From an uncultured bacterium (GTDB lineage: Bacteria; Myxococcota_A; Polyangia; Polyangiales; Polyangiaceae), in assembly GCA_966249405.1 (NCBI GenBank), contig CBINDO010000007.1, positions 5,686 to 69,685 on the forward strand: DNA of 64,000 nt. The letters are read 5' to 3'. A model generated the notes under the pieces. The model saw only the letters and a program-made list of their open reading frames with translations, was not told the DNA's origin and did not search any database. This document shows, one piece after another, positions 25,717 through 34,831 of this stretch. Both the position numbers and the translations under genes were made by a program. How positions within the stretch are numbered: position 1 is the stretch's first letter; every line of letters starts with the position of its first letter.

Positions 25717-26275
25717 TGCTGCCGACCAGGCCATATTCGACGGCTTCTTCGGCCGTCATCCAGTGATTGCGCTCGGTATCTGCGGCGATCTTCTCCACGG
25801 GTTGGTCGGTCGCCGCAGCGAAGATGCGATGCAGGCGTTGGCGCATCGCCAGAATTTGCCGCGTCTCAATCTCGATGTCGGTGGTTGGTCCGCTGACGCC
25901 GCCCATCGGCTGGTGGAGCATGAAGCGAGTGTTGGGGAGCGCCAGCCGGTGGGCGCGTGGCACAGCGGCGTAGATTAGCGCTCCTGCACTCGCGACCCAA
26001 CCGGAACCGAGGATGTGGACGGGGACGCCGAGGTGTTTGAGCATGTCGTGAATCGTGTCGCCCGCCTCCACGTGGCCTCCGGGGGAGTGCAGCACTACCC
26101 GAATCGGCTCGCGGCCGCGCTCGACGAGAGCCAGCAATTGCGCGGTCACGGAGCGCGCCAGCGCCGTCGTCACTTCACCGAACACGAGCACGGTTCGGGC
26201 GGCGAACAGGTGTTCTTGGACTAGGGAAGAGGGTTTGGATTCGATTGATGGTGCGGGATCGCGTTGCGGAGCCAT
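25694..26275 (-). CDS. clpP: ClpP-family serine protease paralogue (Ser-His-Asn, short N-terminus)
   Basis: It aligns with E. coli ClpP from IYSRLLKERVIFL onward. Ser96 is in GWVASAG and His121 in FMLHQP. The position of the catalytic Asp (E. coli TERD) reads TERN. I verified the Asn170 codon as AAT at 25768-25766. The ~20 N-terminal axial-loop residues of canonical ClpP are absent. Confidence 0.85.
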   Translation of the reverse strand: MAPQRDPAPSIESKPSSLVQEHLFAARTVLVFGEVTTALARSVTAQLLALVERGREPIRVVLHSPGGHVEAGDTIHDMLKHLGVPVHILGSGWVASAGALIYAAVPRAHRLALPNTRFMLHQPMGGVSGPTTDIEIETRQILAMRQRLHRIFAAATDQPVEKIAADTERNHWMTAEEAVEYGLVGSITSSLAP

Positions 26276-26348
26276 GGCGCATTCCTGGCACCGTCCGGCG
26301 GTCGCGCCATGCGCAAGACGCTCGATGGTTTGTCCGAGCGTCTCGGAT

Positions 26349-27095
26349 ATGGACCCGACCGGGGAGCTCTCCTACACTGGGCGGATGTCGTACGGCCCGA
26401 CTTCGAAATTGACGGTGCGGATAGAGCGGGGACGCTCGGAGTTGTGTGTGGTGGCAGAGTCTCGGGTCGGTCACGAGTCGCTCAGGCTGGCCGCGCGTTT
26501 CTCCGGAGGGCCAGATGGGGTAACTCTCACCGTGACGGATGGACGACGGAATCGCGAGTTCGACCGTCACGAGGTCGCCAAACATCCAGCCATCTCCGGA
26601 ATTTTGCGCTTGATAGCCGACGAAGTGGAGTGCGGCAACAAGAGCAATGGAGCGCTCGTCGAGTACCTGTTTCGAAGCCTCGCCGTTTACTGTTCGCGAG
26701 TGAACACGGCAGTGCCTTTGCCGCATTGGGGACGCGTCGTACGAGACCCGCGAATCGAACGCGCCGTCGAAATCCTCAACCGCGACATCGATCGCCGTTG
26801 GACCGTCGAATCGCTCGCCAAAGCCGTAGGGTTGTCGCGACCCGTCTTTGCCCGGCAATTCGTGGCGGTGTTGGGCATGTCGCCAATGCGGTTTTTGACC
26901 CAACGACGCATGCAGGTGGCGGCAGCCTTGTTGTTCGCGTCCGACGTCGGCTTGGCGGAGGTTGCGTCCCGGGTCGGTTACGCTTCCGAGTTCGCGTTCA
27001 ACCGTGCTTTCAAGCGTCACTACCGCGTGCCGCCTGGTGAGTACCGACGTCAACTGCCAGGGTTGCCCAGCTTCGCAACGCGCATGGCCGCCTGA
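26349..27095 (+). CDS. AraC-family transcriptional regulator
   Basis: C-terminal dual HTH: WTVESLAKAVGLSRPVFARQFVAVLGMSPMRFLTQRRMQVAAALL...LAEVASRVGYASEFAFNRAFKRHYRVPPGEYRR. It is divergent from the clpP-like gene. The start is uncertain (ATG 26325, 26349 or 26385). Confidence 0.85.
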   Translation: MDPTGELSYTGRMSYGPTSKLTVRIERGRSELCVVAESRVGHESLRLAARFSGGPDGVTLTVTDGRRNREFDRHEVAKHPAISGILRLIADEVECGNKSNGALVEYLFRSLAVYCSRVNTAVPLPHWGRVVRDPRIERAVEILNRDIDRRWTVESLAKAVGLSRPVFARQFVAVLGMSPMRFLTQRRMQVAAALLFASDVGLAEVASRVGYASEFAFNRAFKRHYRVPPGEYRRQLPGLPSFATRMAA

Positions 27096-27146
27096 AAAGA
27101 ACGGCGCCACTGGCGACCGCGCAAAGCAGAGCCCGGCGGGCCTCTG

Positions 27147-27578
27147 TCACCGCGTCACGGCGGCTTCGATCGCCGCGCGTAGCGCGTTCATGTCCGACGG
27201 CATTTTGGTTATTCCGCCTTTGACGAACTCGAACTCCGACGCTCGTTCGCGTTCCCAAGTCAAGTTCGACGAAGTGAACATCATCACGACGACGGACGCG
27301 TACTCCGGTCGACGACGCAGCTCGCGAAATTGCTCCAGGAACAAGAAACCGTCCATGAGCGGCATGTTGATGTCGAGAAAAACGAGCTTGGGAGGAAACT
27401 GTCCTGGATGAGCGGCGCCTTGCCCGGCTGAGTCGCTCAGAAACTCCATTGCGCGCTGTCCGTTGTCGGCCTCGAAGATCCGTTCGGTGATGTTCAGCTT
27501 GCGCAACATGCGCCGCAGCAGGTACCGATCGTCCTCGTTGTCGTCGATGATCAAGATGGATGGCAGCTGCAAAGTCAC
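27147..27578 (-). CDS. Single-domain response regulator (CheY-like receiver)
   Basis: ILIIDDNEDDRYLL...LVFLDINMPLMDGFLFLEQF...MFTSS. The GTG start overlaps the upstream kinase stop (GTGA). Confidence 0.88.
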   Translation of the reverse strand: MTLQLPSILIIDDNEDDRYLLRRMLRKLNITERIFEADNGQRAMEFLSDSAGQGAAHPGQFPPKLVFLDINMPLMDGFLFLEQFRELRRRPEYASVVVMMFTSSNLTWERERASEFEFVKGGITKMPSDMNALRAAIEAAVTR

Positions 27579-29152
27579 CGTGCCCCTGCCTTTGAATCGA
27601 CGGGGATGTCGACTCGGATCTTTGTCCCGTTTTCGTTGCTCACGACCTCGATCGTCCCACCCAGGTGATCGACATGTCGTTTGACTATCGACATGCCGAG
27701 CCCGCTACCCACCGCCTTTACGCTTGGATGGAAGCGCTCGAACATTTGGAACAAACGAGCTTGGTATTGTTCGGGGATGCCGAGCCCATTGTCTGCTACC
27801 GTGAGCTCCAAGCGTTTGGGGGGCGCGTCGATGGTAATCGAGACGCGCGGGTCACGGGCGGGGTTCGCATACTTGATGCTGTTGGACATCAAGTTGTTGA
27901 GGATTTGAAATAGTCGTGTGCGCGGTAGCTCGACCTCGGCTGTCGTGTTGACGACGACCTCCACTTTTACCCGTTCGGCGCCGACGGTCGAAAGGACGTG
28001 TTCACGAACCTCGGCCACCAGCTCGTGAAGATTCACCGACTCGGACTGAAACTGGCCAACGTCGGCGCGCGTCATGTCCAAGATGTCTCGCACCAAGTTA
28101 TCGAGGCGCTGAATACGCTGCTCGATGCGCGTAACATTCGCCAGGGCCTCGCTGGGCTGTCCTTGTTCGAGATCCTCTCGTAGCGCACGGCAAAGGCCCG
28201 CCACGGTGACGAGCGGGCCCCTAAGGTCGTGGGTGGTGCGATAGGCGAACTGCGACAGTTCCGCGGTCTTCATCCGTACCTGTTCGGAGATCTTGGTGCG
28301 CGTCGACAGCAGGCTGCGCAAGTACGCTCCCGCGAGCAGGCCCACGACGACGACGGACATCGAGAAAAGGAGCTCCGCGCCGGACGGATCGGTGGCATGG
28401 AGCCGTTGTTGGGCCGAATACTCGAGCTTCATGTCGTCGAAGCGGGCCAACTCGAACAGCAGGACGTCGGCGGCGCCAGCTACCTCGAGTGTGGTGGGGT
28501 CACTTCCTAGCCGGAAGGCGGTGACGCTTCGATCGGCGACGTCTTCTACGAGCAGCCGCTCTATCACGTCGTGCGGGCTGTCCTCGAGGGTGAGCGACGT
28601 GATCGGCACGACCATGCTGACATGTCCTTCCTGGTCGGGGCCGCGCGTCCGCGAGTATTGGCTGAGGATGATGTGCGCATCCGTTCCTTCGCCATAAACG
28701 CGTGAGGGACGTCGCGGATCGAACATGTCGCACGCATTTGCACTACTCGTTCCGAACCCGACGGCGAAGGTCGTACTGCCGTCGAGCGCATGCCAACACA
28801 AGGCATCCAGCGGCAGCGGGCTCAAGCGCGAGGCATAGAGCGCAAACTCCTCCTCTCCGACGCGAACCGATGTCCCGAAGTACGCACCGATGGAGGCCAG
28901 CAAGGCGCGTCGGCTTTGCAGCAAATGCACCAGCCGCAGTTGCCTATTCGTGGCCTCGCTGGTGAAGTCCGCGCGGTGCTCGTCGCGTTCCTTGCGAACG
29001 TGACTGAGGTAGTTGCGGCCGCCGATGGTTGCGAACAACAGAAAAGTCACTACGAACGCCAGATTGGCCCGTGTGGCGCCGTCCAGGACGGGCCGTCGAC
29101 TTTCGCGTTCCGTTCGATTCGACACGGTGTAAGGCCAAACACGCCGGAGCAC
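27575..29152 (-). CDS. Sensor histidine kinase with an extracytoplasmic sensor domain
   Basis: Two TM segments flank a ~230-aa sensor region. H-box: RTTHDLRGPLVTV. N-box: ILNNLMSNSIKY. G1: DNGLGIP. G2: GSGLGMSIV. Confidence 0.88.
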   Translation of the reverse strand: MLRRVWPYTVSNRTERESRRPVLDGATRANLAFVVTFLLFATIGGRNYLSHVRKERDEHRADFTSEATNRQLRLVHLLQSRRALLASIGAYFGTSVRVGEEEFALYASRLSPLPLDALCWHALDGSTTFAVGFGTSSANACDMFDPRRPSRVYGEGTDAHIILSQYSRTRGPDQEGHVSMVVPITSLTLEDSPHDVIERLLVEDVADRSVTAFRLGSDPTTLEVAGAADVLLFELARFDDMKLEYSAQQRLHATDPSGAELLFSMSVVVVGLLAGAYLRSLLSTRTKISEQVRMKTAELSQFAYRTTHDLRGPLVTVAGLCRALREDLEQGQPSEALANVTRIEQRIQRLDNLVRDILDMTRADVGQFQSESVNLHELVAEVREHVLSTVGAERVKVEVVVNTTAEVELPRTRLFQILNNLMSNSIKYANPARDPRVSITIDAPPKRLELTVADNGLGIPEQYQARLFQMFERFHPSVKAVGSGLGMSIVKRHVDHLGGTIEVVSNENGTKIRVDIPVDSKAGAR

Positions 29153-29270
29153 CCAACGCGCGGGTTAGGTAGCGACATTCTGCGTGCTGCCGCAAGAGGA
29201 TTCACCCTGGAGATGGGCGAGAGTCGACCTTGCGTCCTCGCGAGGCGAGCAGCAGATTAGGAGGAACACA

Positions 29271-30266
29271 ATGGAGCTACCGAGACGCCGAGGGCCGATG
29301 AATGCGCCGCGAAAACTTCGCTGGGTGGTGACCAACGTGTTGGTCGTTGCGGCTTCGGTGGCGTGCGTGCCGGGTTATCGCCTAGAAGCGGCCTCGGGCG
29401 GCACGATCGAACGTGCAACGTCGCGAGGTATCACCTTGACGGCGAGCGTGAACTCCTGGTCGGGCAGCAGCCGGGACCTCGTGGGTGAGGTGATCCCGAT
29501 CTGGGTGCGCGTTCGGAACCAGTCGTCTACCTCGGTTCGCGTTCGGTACGAAGATTTCGGGGCCATCGACGAGAACGGCTTTCGGTTTGGCCTCGTCGAC
29601 CCGAAGACTGGACGCATCATCGAAGCCAAGTCCGCGGAAGACCGAACGCGCACACACGACGAACCTGCGGCGCTTTCCGCCGGCGCGACACCTACTCTGG
29701 TGTTCGACACCGAGGGAGCGTGGGCTGAGCAGGAGGCCGACGTTCGATTCGTCGATCGGGAGGCGCTGGCGTGTGAATGGGAAGGACGATGCGCGACAGC
29801 GAGCTTGCTGCCCGTATGGAGTGACGCTGCGGAGTTCGACATCTATCCCATCGATCACCGCGGTATGGGCTCGCGCGGCGCTGGTTACACCGGCTCGCCG
29901 CGTACCGGCATCGGCTACGGCGTTTACGGCGGTTACTACGGCGCGTACGGCTTTCCGTACTACGGTTACCCCGGTTATTATGGGTACTGGGGTTGGGGCT
30001 GGCCGTATTACGATCGCTACTACTGGCCTTATTACTACGCCGGTAATGGACGTTCGGGTCCACGTTTACCTACTACGGCCACCATGGTGCACGTTGCGAT
30101 TGGAGAGGGCGAGCTGCTGCCCAAGTCCACGACCGCGGGCTTCATCTACCTGCCCGGAGCAGCGCGGAAAGCCGTGCGGCTGGACATCACCTGGTCCGTC
30201 CGCTCCAGCGCGGACGAGCCGCTCGCCGAGTTGCGCACTCGGTTCGAGAGCGTCCGCGAAGACTGA
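29271..30266 (+). CDS. Exported protein with a Tyr/Gly/Trp-rich low-complexity insert
   Basis: ATG 29271 is preceded by a strong Shine-Dalgarno (TAGGAGGAACACA-ATG). Signal-anchor segment: LRWVVTNVLVVAASVAC. The beta-rich N- and C-terminal parts are separated by GIGYGVYGGYYGAYGFPYYGYPGYYGYWGWGWPYYDRYYWPYYYAGNG. Confidence 0.7.
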   Translation: MELPRRRGPMNAPRKLRWVVTNVLVVAASVACVPGYRLEAASGGTIERATSRGITLTASVNSWSGSSRDLVGEVIPIWVRVRNQSSTSVRVRYEDFGAIDENGFRFGLVDPKTGRIIEAKSAEDRTRTHDEPAALSAGATPTLVFDTEGAWAEQEADVRFVDREALACEWEGRCATASLLPVWSDAAEFDIYPIDHRGMGSRGAGYTGSPRTGIGYGVYGGYYGAYGFPYYGYPGYYGYWGWGWPYYDRYYWPYYYAGNGRSGPRLPTTATMVHVAIGEGELLPKSTTAGFIYLPGAARKAVRLDITWSVRSSADEPLAELRTRFESVRED

Positions 30267-30564
30267 GCGCGGCTCCTGGAGCGCATTGACCAGCACCTCG
30301 CCGTGAGCCGGCCGACGCCCGACTACGTCCGTGAGACACAGCTCGCATGCCCGGATTCACTTGAAACTCATGATGCAGGAGTGGCAAAACGCCACGAGTT
30401 CATTCGAGCTCCAATGAAGGGCCAAAAGAGCTGCAGAAGTTGCACGCAGGAGCTGCAGGCAAGCTCGATGCGCACTCCGTACGGATGAGCCGCGTTCGGA
30501 CGACGAACGAGCGGGAGGGCGCGAATCCGCCGAAACGCCGCGCGCGCCATCCCGTGAAAACGGT

Positions 30565-30580
30565 TGGCACGGTTCGCGCA
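30565..30580 (+). promoter_or_regulatory. Weak candidate sigma-54 (-24/-12) promoter upstream of the RpoH-like sigma gene
   Basis: TGGCACGGTTCGCGCA has a good -24 element (TGGCAC) and GG-N10-GC spacing. The -12 element reads GCGCA rather than TTGCA. It lies only ~13 nt before ATG 30593. If the sigma gene starts at ATG 30485, the motif is inside coding sequence. Confidence 0.2.
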
Positions 30581-30592
30581 AAGGCGCGGCGC

Positions 30593-31453
30593 ATGGCGCG
30601 TCCTCAGCCCCTCAACCCGATCCTGAAAGCAGCTTTCGTAGACCCAGTCATCACCCGAGAAGAAGAAGAAGAGTTGTGCCGACGTTGGCAGCAGAACGCC
30701 GACGAAGACGCACGTCGAGAGCTCGCGAGGCGGACCACGCGGTTCGTGATCCGCACCGCACGGCAGCTCGAGCGATACAACACTCCCGTGGACGACTTGA
30801 TCTCGGAGGGGATGATCGGTTTGTTGCGGGCAACCGACCTTTACAACGCGGACTTTCGAGTGCGGTTCATGACGTACGCAGACTACTGGGTGCGCTCAGC
30901 CATGGTGACCAAGATCATGAAGAGCCGTTCACTCGTGAGCGGCAGCCAGGGGGCGTCCAAGTCGCGGTACTTCTTTCGTCTGCGCCGCGAGCTGGCCAAA
31001 GCCCGTGCGCTCCTGGGGCACAACGAGCTGGCGATCGCAGCTGCTGCCAAGGCGCTGGGCCTGCCGGAAGCACGCGTCGAACGCATCGAACAGGAACTGG
31101 AGGCCGCGGACGTGTCGCTGACGTGTCCGGCGCCCAACACGCGTGCTCGCTCGATCGAAGACGTCTTGTTCGATGACCACGACGCCGCCTCGGCGTTCGA
31201 ACATCGAGAGGCATTGAATCGGCTGTTGCCCTGTTTGGATTCGGCGCTCGCCCATCTTTCGTCCCGCCAAGCCACGATCGTCCGTCGTCGCTACCTGGAG
31301 GAAGAGCCCGTCACTTTGAGTCAGTTGGCCTCGGAGTTCGGCGTATCGCGCGAGCGCGTCCGCCAACTCGAATCCGCCGCGCTCGCCAAGTTGCGTCAGC
31401 TGGTCTTGCGCAACTCCGCCGCCGCTCGAGAAGAAATCGCCACCGCAGCCTGA
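30593..31453 (+). CDS. RpoH-like (sigma-32 family, group 3) RNA polymerase sigma factor
   Basis: Region 2: DLISEGMIGLLRATDLYNADFRVRFMTYADYWVRSAM. RpoH-box-like segment: SKSRYFFRLRRE. Region 4: TLSQLASEFGVSRERVRQLESAALAKLR. An alternative upstream ATG at 30485 would add a basic 36-aa extension whose third positions also look coding. Confidence 0.85.
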   Translation: MARPQPLNPILKAAFVDPVITREEEEELCRRWQQNADEDARRELARRTTRFVIRTARQLERYNTPVDDLISEGMIGLLRATDLYNADFRVRFMTYADYWVRSAMVTKIMKSRSLVSGSQGASKSRYFFRLRRELAKARALLGHNELAIAAAAKALGLPEARVERIEQELEAADVSLTCPAPNTRARSIEDVLFDDHDAASAFEHREALNRLLPCLDSALAHLSSRQATIVRRRYLEEEPVTLSQLASEFGVSRERVRQLESAALAKLRQLVLRNSAAAREEIATAA

Positions 31454-31469
31454 GTGCAAAAGGAGGGAC

Positions 31470-32948
31470 GTGGAACCCAGATTAGGCTTCTCGGTGGCAT
31501 CCAACCCGCATACAACTTCCGTCATGGCGGAGTTGGTCGACGCGCGCATCTTGATTGTCGATGACGACGAGGAATCGGCGCTCGCCCTCGCGACGATTTT
31601 CGAGTCGGAGGGGTTTCGCGTCGAGACGGCTCGCGATGGTGAAACAGCTCTGCAATGTCTCGACGAGGCCACTGACGTCGTGCTCACCGATCTCGAGATG
31701 CCCCGATTGAATGGCATTCAACTGATCGAGCGCGGCAAGGCGCTCGCCCCGAACGCCGTGTTCATGGTGATGACGGGACACGGCGAGTTCGAAACTGCCG
31801 TCGAAGCGGTCAAGAAAGGGGCCGATCAATACCTTGCCAAGCCGCTCGACATCGACGCCGTGGTGGCGTTGACGCGCGCGGCGGCTCTGCGCGCGGCACA
31901 ACACCGTGAGCTGCTCGAACTCCGCGCGAAGGCGGGGCGTGCTCACCGTCAACGGCCGATTCTGGGTGAACATCCGCTCATGCAGAGCCTGCTCAAGGTC
32001 GTGCGTCAGGTCGCGCCGTCTCGGGCTTCGGTGCTGATCACGGGCGAGAGCGGTACGGGCAAGGAGCTGATCGCGCACGCACTCCACGATTGGTCTGGGC
32101 GCACCGGGCGCTTCGTCGCCGTCAACTGCGCGGCGTTGGCGGAGTCGGTGCTCGAGTCCGAACTGTTCGGGCACGAACGAGGTGCCTTCACCGGCGCCAC
32201 GGCGCGACGCGAAGGTCGATTCAAACAAGCCGACCGGGGCACGTTGTTTTTGGACGAGATAGCCGAAATCTCACCGAGCGTGCAGCTCAAGCTGCTCAGG
32301 TTTTTGCAGGAACACGAGTTCGAAGCGGTAGGTAGCAACCGCACCGAACACGTCGACGTACGCGTCGTTGCCGCGTGCAACCGTGACTTGCGCGCGCGTG
32401 TCGCGGAGGGGTTGTTCAGAGAGGACCTGTACTTCCGTTTGAACGTGGTAGACGTCTTCGTACCGCCGCTCCGCGATCGTTTGAGCGATCTCCCGACCCT
32501 GGCCGAGCACTACATTCACAAGGCGTGCCTGGACAACGGGCGCGCCTCCACTCCTCGCTTGGCGGAGGCCACTTTCGAGCGCCTGATGAAACACCGGTGG
32601 CCCGGTAACATTCGAGAGCTGCGTAACGCCATGGAGCGCGCGGTCATCTTGTGCGAAGGCGAGGTCATCGAACCCGAGCACCTACCCGCCGCCATTGGCG
32701 AGCTGCCGCTCCGCCATGCGCTCGAGTTGTCGATTCCAGGCGCAACGATGAGTGAGATCGAGCGACTCGCAATCATCAAGACGTTGGAGGCGGTGCGAGG
32801 CTCGGTCCCCAAGGCCGCAGAGTTGCTCGGCATTTCGATCCGCACCATTCAGTACAGACTCAAGGAGTGGAACGTCGATCGCGCCCTGTTGTCAGAGAGC
32901 ACCGAGCCTGGAACCCCCCGTGTGCTGAAGCTTACCACGCGGTCTTGA
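31470..32948 (+). CDS. Sigma-54-dependent response regulator (NtrC family enhancer-binding protein)
   Basis: REC: ILIVDDDEE...VVLTDLEMPRLNG. AAA+ domain: Walker A GESGTGKELIA and the GAFTGA loop ESELFGHERGAFTGA. C-terminal Fis-type HTH: AAELLGISIRTIQYRLKE. GTG 31470 is preceded by AAGGAGGG. ATG 31524 is an alternative. Confidence 0.92.
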   Translation: MEPRLGFSVASNPHTTSVMAELVDARILIVDDDEESALALATIFESEGFRVETARDGETALQCLDEATDVVLTDLEMPRLNGIQLIERGKALAPNAVFMVMTGHGEFETAVEAVKKGADQYLAKPLDIDAVVALTRAAALRAAQHRELLELRAKAGRAHRQRPILGEHPLMQSLLKVVRQVAPSRASVLITGESGTGKELIAHALHDWSGRTGRFVAVNCAALAESVLESELFGHERGAFTGATARREGRFKQADRGTLFLDEIAEISPSVQLKLLRFLQEHEFEAVGSNRTEHVDVRVVAACNRDLRARVAEGLFREDLYFRLNVVDVFVPPLRDRLSDLPTLAEHYIHKACLDNGRASTPRLAEATFERLMKHRWPGNIRELRNAMERAVILCEGEVIEPEHLPAAIGELPLRHALELSIPGATMSEIERLAIIKTLEAVRGSVPKAAELLGISIRTIQYRLKEWNVDRALLSESTEPGTPRVLKLTTRS

Positions 32949-32951
32949 ATC

Positions 32952-34106
32952 ATGGCGGCGCCGGATCCAGAAGTCAGAGAACGTCCGCTGTGGCGCGCGT
33001 TGATTGTAGAGGACCTGGTTGACGATGCGGAGCTCGTGTTACTGGCCCTCAAGCGAGCGGGGGTCGCGTTGGAGCACCAACGCATCGACACCGAAGCAGA
33101 GTTTCTCGCGGAATTGGGAAACAGCAGGCCGTGGGACATAATTCTCTGCGACTACGACGTGCCCGGGTTTGGTGCGCCCCGGGCTTTACAGATCATCTCT
33201 CAGCTGCAACTCGATATTCCCCTCATCGTCATGTCGGGCCAAGTGGACGAGGAGCAGGCGGTGACGGTGCTGCGCAACGGCGCACGAGACTTCGTGGCGA
33301 AGGCGCGCCTGACCCGGCTCGCACCTGCGCTCAATCGTGCGATTCTGGAAGCAGAGCAGCGCCGCAAGGCGCGCAAGGAACTGGACGCCGCCAGGGAGGC
33401 ACTGGTGCGCAGCGAAAAACTCCGGACCCTGGGCTACATGGCGGCGGGCGTCGCTCACGACTTGCGCAACATCCTCAACCCATTGTCGCTTCAGGTGCAG
33501 CTGCTCCAGCGCGGTGAAGCCTCCGATTCGCGCCATCGCGCGATCGCCGACAACATGTCCCGGACACTCAAGCGCGGAACGGAGCTTCTCAATCGACTGC
33601 AGGCGTTTGGTCGGCAGGGGCCAGAAAGCGTGGAAGTCTGCGACTTGCGGCTCGAGGTCGAACAAGCGTGTGCACTACTGAAGGCCAACATACGTCAGGC
33701 CAAAGGAGTGACGTTCGATACGTCCATCGCCGACGTCGGTTTGGTCCGCGCCGCGCCGTCGGAGGTGGTGTCGGCGACGGTGAACCTAGTTACCAACGCG
33801 CTCGAAGCGCTGGCTGGTCGAAGCGGCAAGCTAAGTCTCACCACGACCTTCAACGGACAGTTCGCGGCCTTGACTGTGGCAGACGACGGCCCCGGCATGT
33901 CGAGCGAAGTCAAGGCCAGGTTGTTCGAGCCGTTTTTTACCACGAAGGCCAACGGCACCGGTCTCGGGCTGGCTGGCATCTACGCGTTCGTGCAGCGATC
34001 CCGAGGCCAGGTAGAGATCGTGAGTGAGCCCGGGGAGGGCACGAAAGTCACTTTGTCCTTCACGCGTGTTGGTGGAGGCGAGGTAACCAAAGGGGACGCC
34101 ACATGA
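32952..34106 (+). CDS. Response-regulator/histidine-kinase hybrid (N-terminal REC + HisKA + HATPase)
   Basis: REC: ALIVEDLVDDAEL...IILCDYDVPGFG. H-box: AAGVAHDLRNILNPL. G1: DDGPGMS. G2: GTGLGLAGI. Confidence 0.9.
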   Translation: MAAPDPEVRERPLWRALIVEDLVDDAELVLLALKRAGVALEHQRIDTEAEFLAELGNSRPWDIILCDYDVPGFGAPRALQIISQLQLDIPLIVMSGQVDEEQAVTVLRNGARDFVAKARLTRLAPALNRAILEAEQRRKARKELDAAREALVRSEKLRTLGYMAAGVAHDLRNILNPLSLQVQLLQRGEASDSRHRAIADNMSRTLKRGTELLNRLQAFGRQGPESVEVCDLRLEVEQACALLKANIRQAKGVTFDTSIADVGLVRAAPSEVVSATVNLVTNALEALAGRSGKLSLTTTFNGQFAALTVADDGPGMSSEVKARLFEPFFTTKANGTGLGLAGIYAFVQRSRGQVEIVSEPGEGTKVTLSFTRVGGGEVTKGDAT

Positions 34107-34804
34107 CACAGCACGAAGCAGAGCTGGAGCGCATGGCGCGTGAGCTCGAAGAGTTGTCATACGCAGTGTCGCATGATCTATCTGCGCCGGTGCGAGCCAT
34201 CATCGGCTACGTGGAAGTGCTCAACGAGGAGTACGCTGGGCAACTCGGAGATGGCGCGGAGTATCTCGGTCGAGTCACGCGAGCCAGCAGGCGTCTGGAA
34301 GAGCTGATGGCCGGGCTAGTGGAGTATTCCCGTCTGGCGCGCGCCGAAGTCAACAAGTTGCCCCTCGACGTGAGCCAATTGGTCTTGGAACTCGCTGCCG
34401 CAATGCCCCAACCTCCCGGGCAAACCGTCGAGTGGGTAATCCCTCCAGAGCTGCCCGCGAACGGGGACCGTCAGTTGATCCACACGGCGCTTCGACACCT
34501 GTTGACCAACGCCGTCAAGTTCACCAGCACCAGGGAGAACCCCAAAGTAACGCTTCGAGCCGTCGACAGTGACCACACCGAGGTGGTCTTCGCGATCGAA
34601 GACAACGGTATCGGCGTCGACACCGCTCAGTTTCAGGGCAAGGGATTTCGCCTCTTTCGCCGGTTTCACCCGAGCTCCATGTATTCGGGCCATGGTGTGG
34701 GCCTCGCCTGCACGCGCGTCATCGTCGAGAGCCACGGGGGCCGGATGTGGTGCGAGAGCACGCCAGGGGCGGGCGCTACGTTCTACGTAGCGCTCCCACG
34801 CTGA
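34103..34804 (+). CDS. Soluble histidine kinase (HisKA + HATPase, no sensor domain)
   Basis: ATGA overlap with the upstream gene. H-box: YAVSHDLSAPVRAI. N-box: HLLTNAVKF. G1: DNGIGVD. G2: GHGVGLACT. Confidence 0.85.
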   Translation: MTQHEAELERMARELEELSYAVSHDLSAPVRAIIGYVEVLNEEYAGQLGDGAEYLGRVTRASRRLEELMAGLVEYSRLARAEVNKLPLDVSQLVLELAAAMPQPPGQTVEWVIPPELPANGDRQLIHTALRHLLTNAVKFTSTRENPKVTLRAVDSDHTEVVFAIEDNGIGVDTAQFQGKGFRLFRRFHPSSMYSGHGVGLACTRVIVESHGGRMWCESTPGAGATFYVALPR

Positions 34805-34831
34805 AGCTGGCCGCACTCGTCCACGCTGAGT

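Noticed and set aside
30440-30592. N-terminal extension of the RpoH-like sigma factor (TTG 30440 or ATG 30485).
   Set aside because: Not firmly rejected. Third positions look coding from 30485. The 286-aa product from ATG 30593 matches typical RpoH-family length and begins just before the conserved region. I report 30593 and flag 30485 as an alternative.
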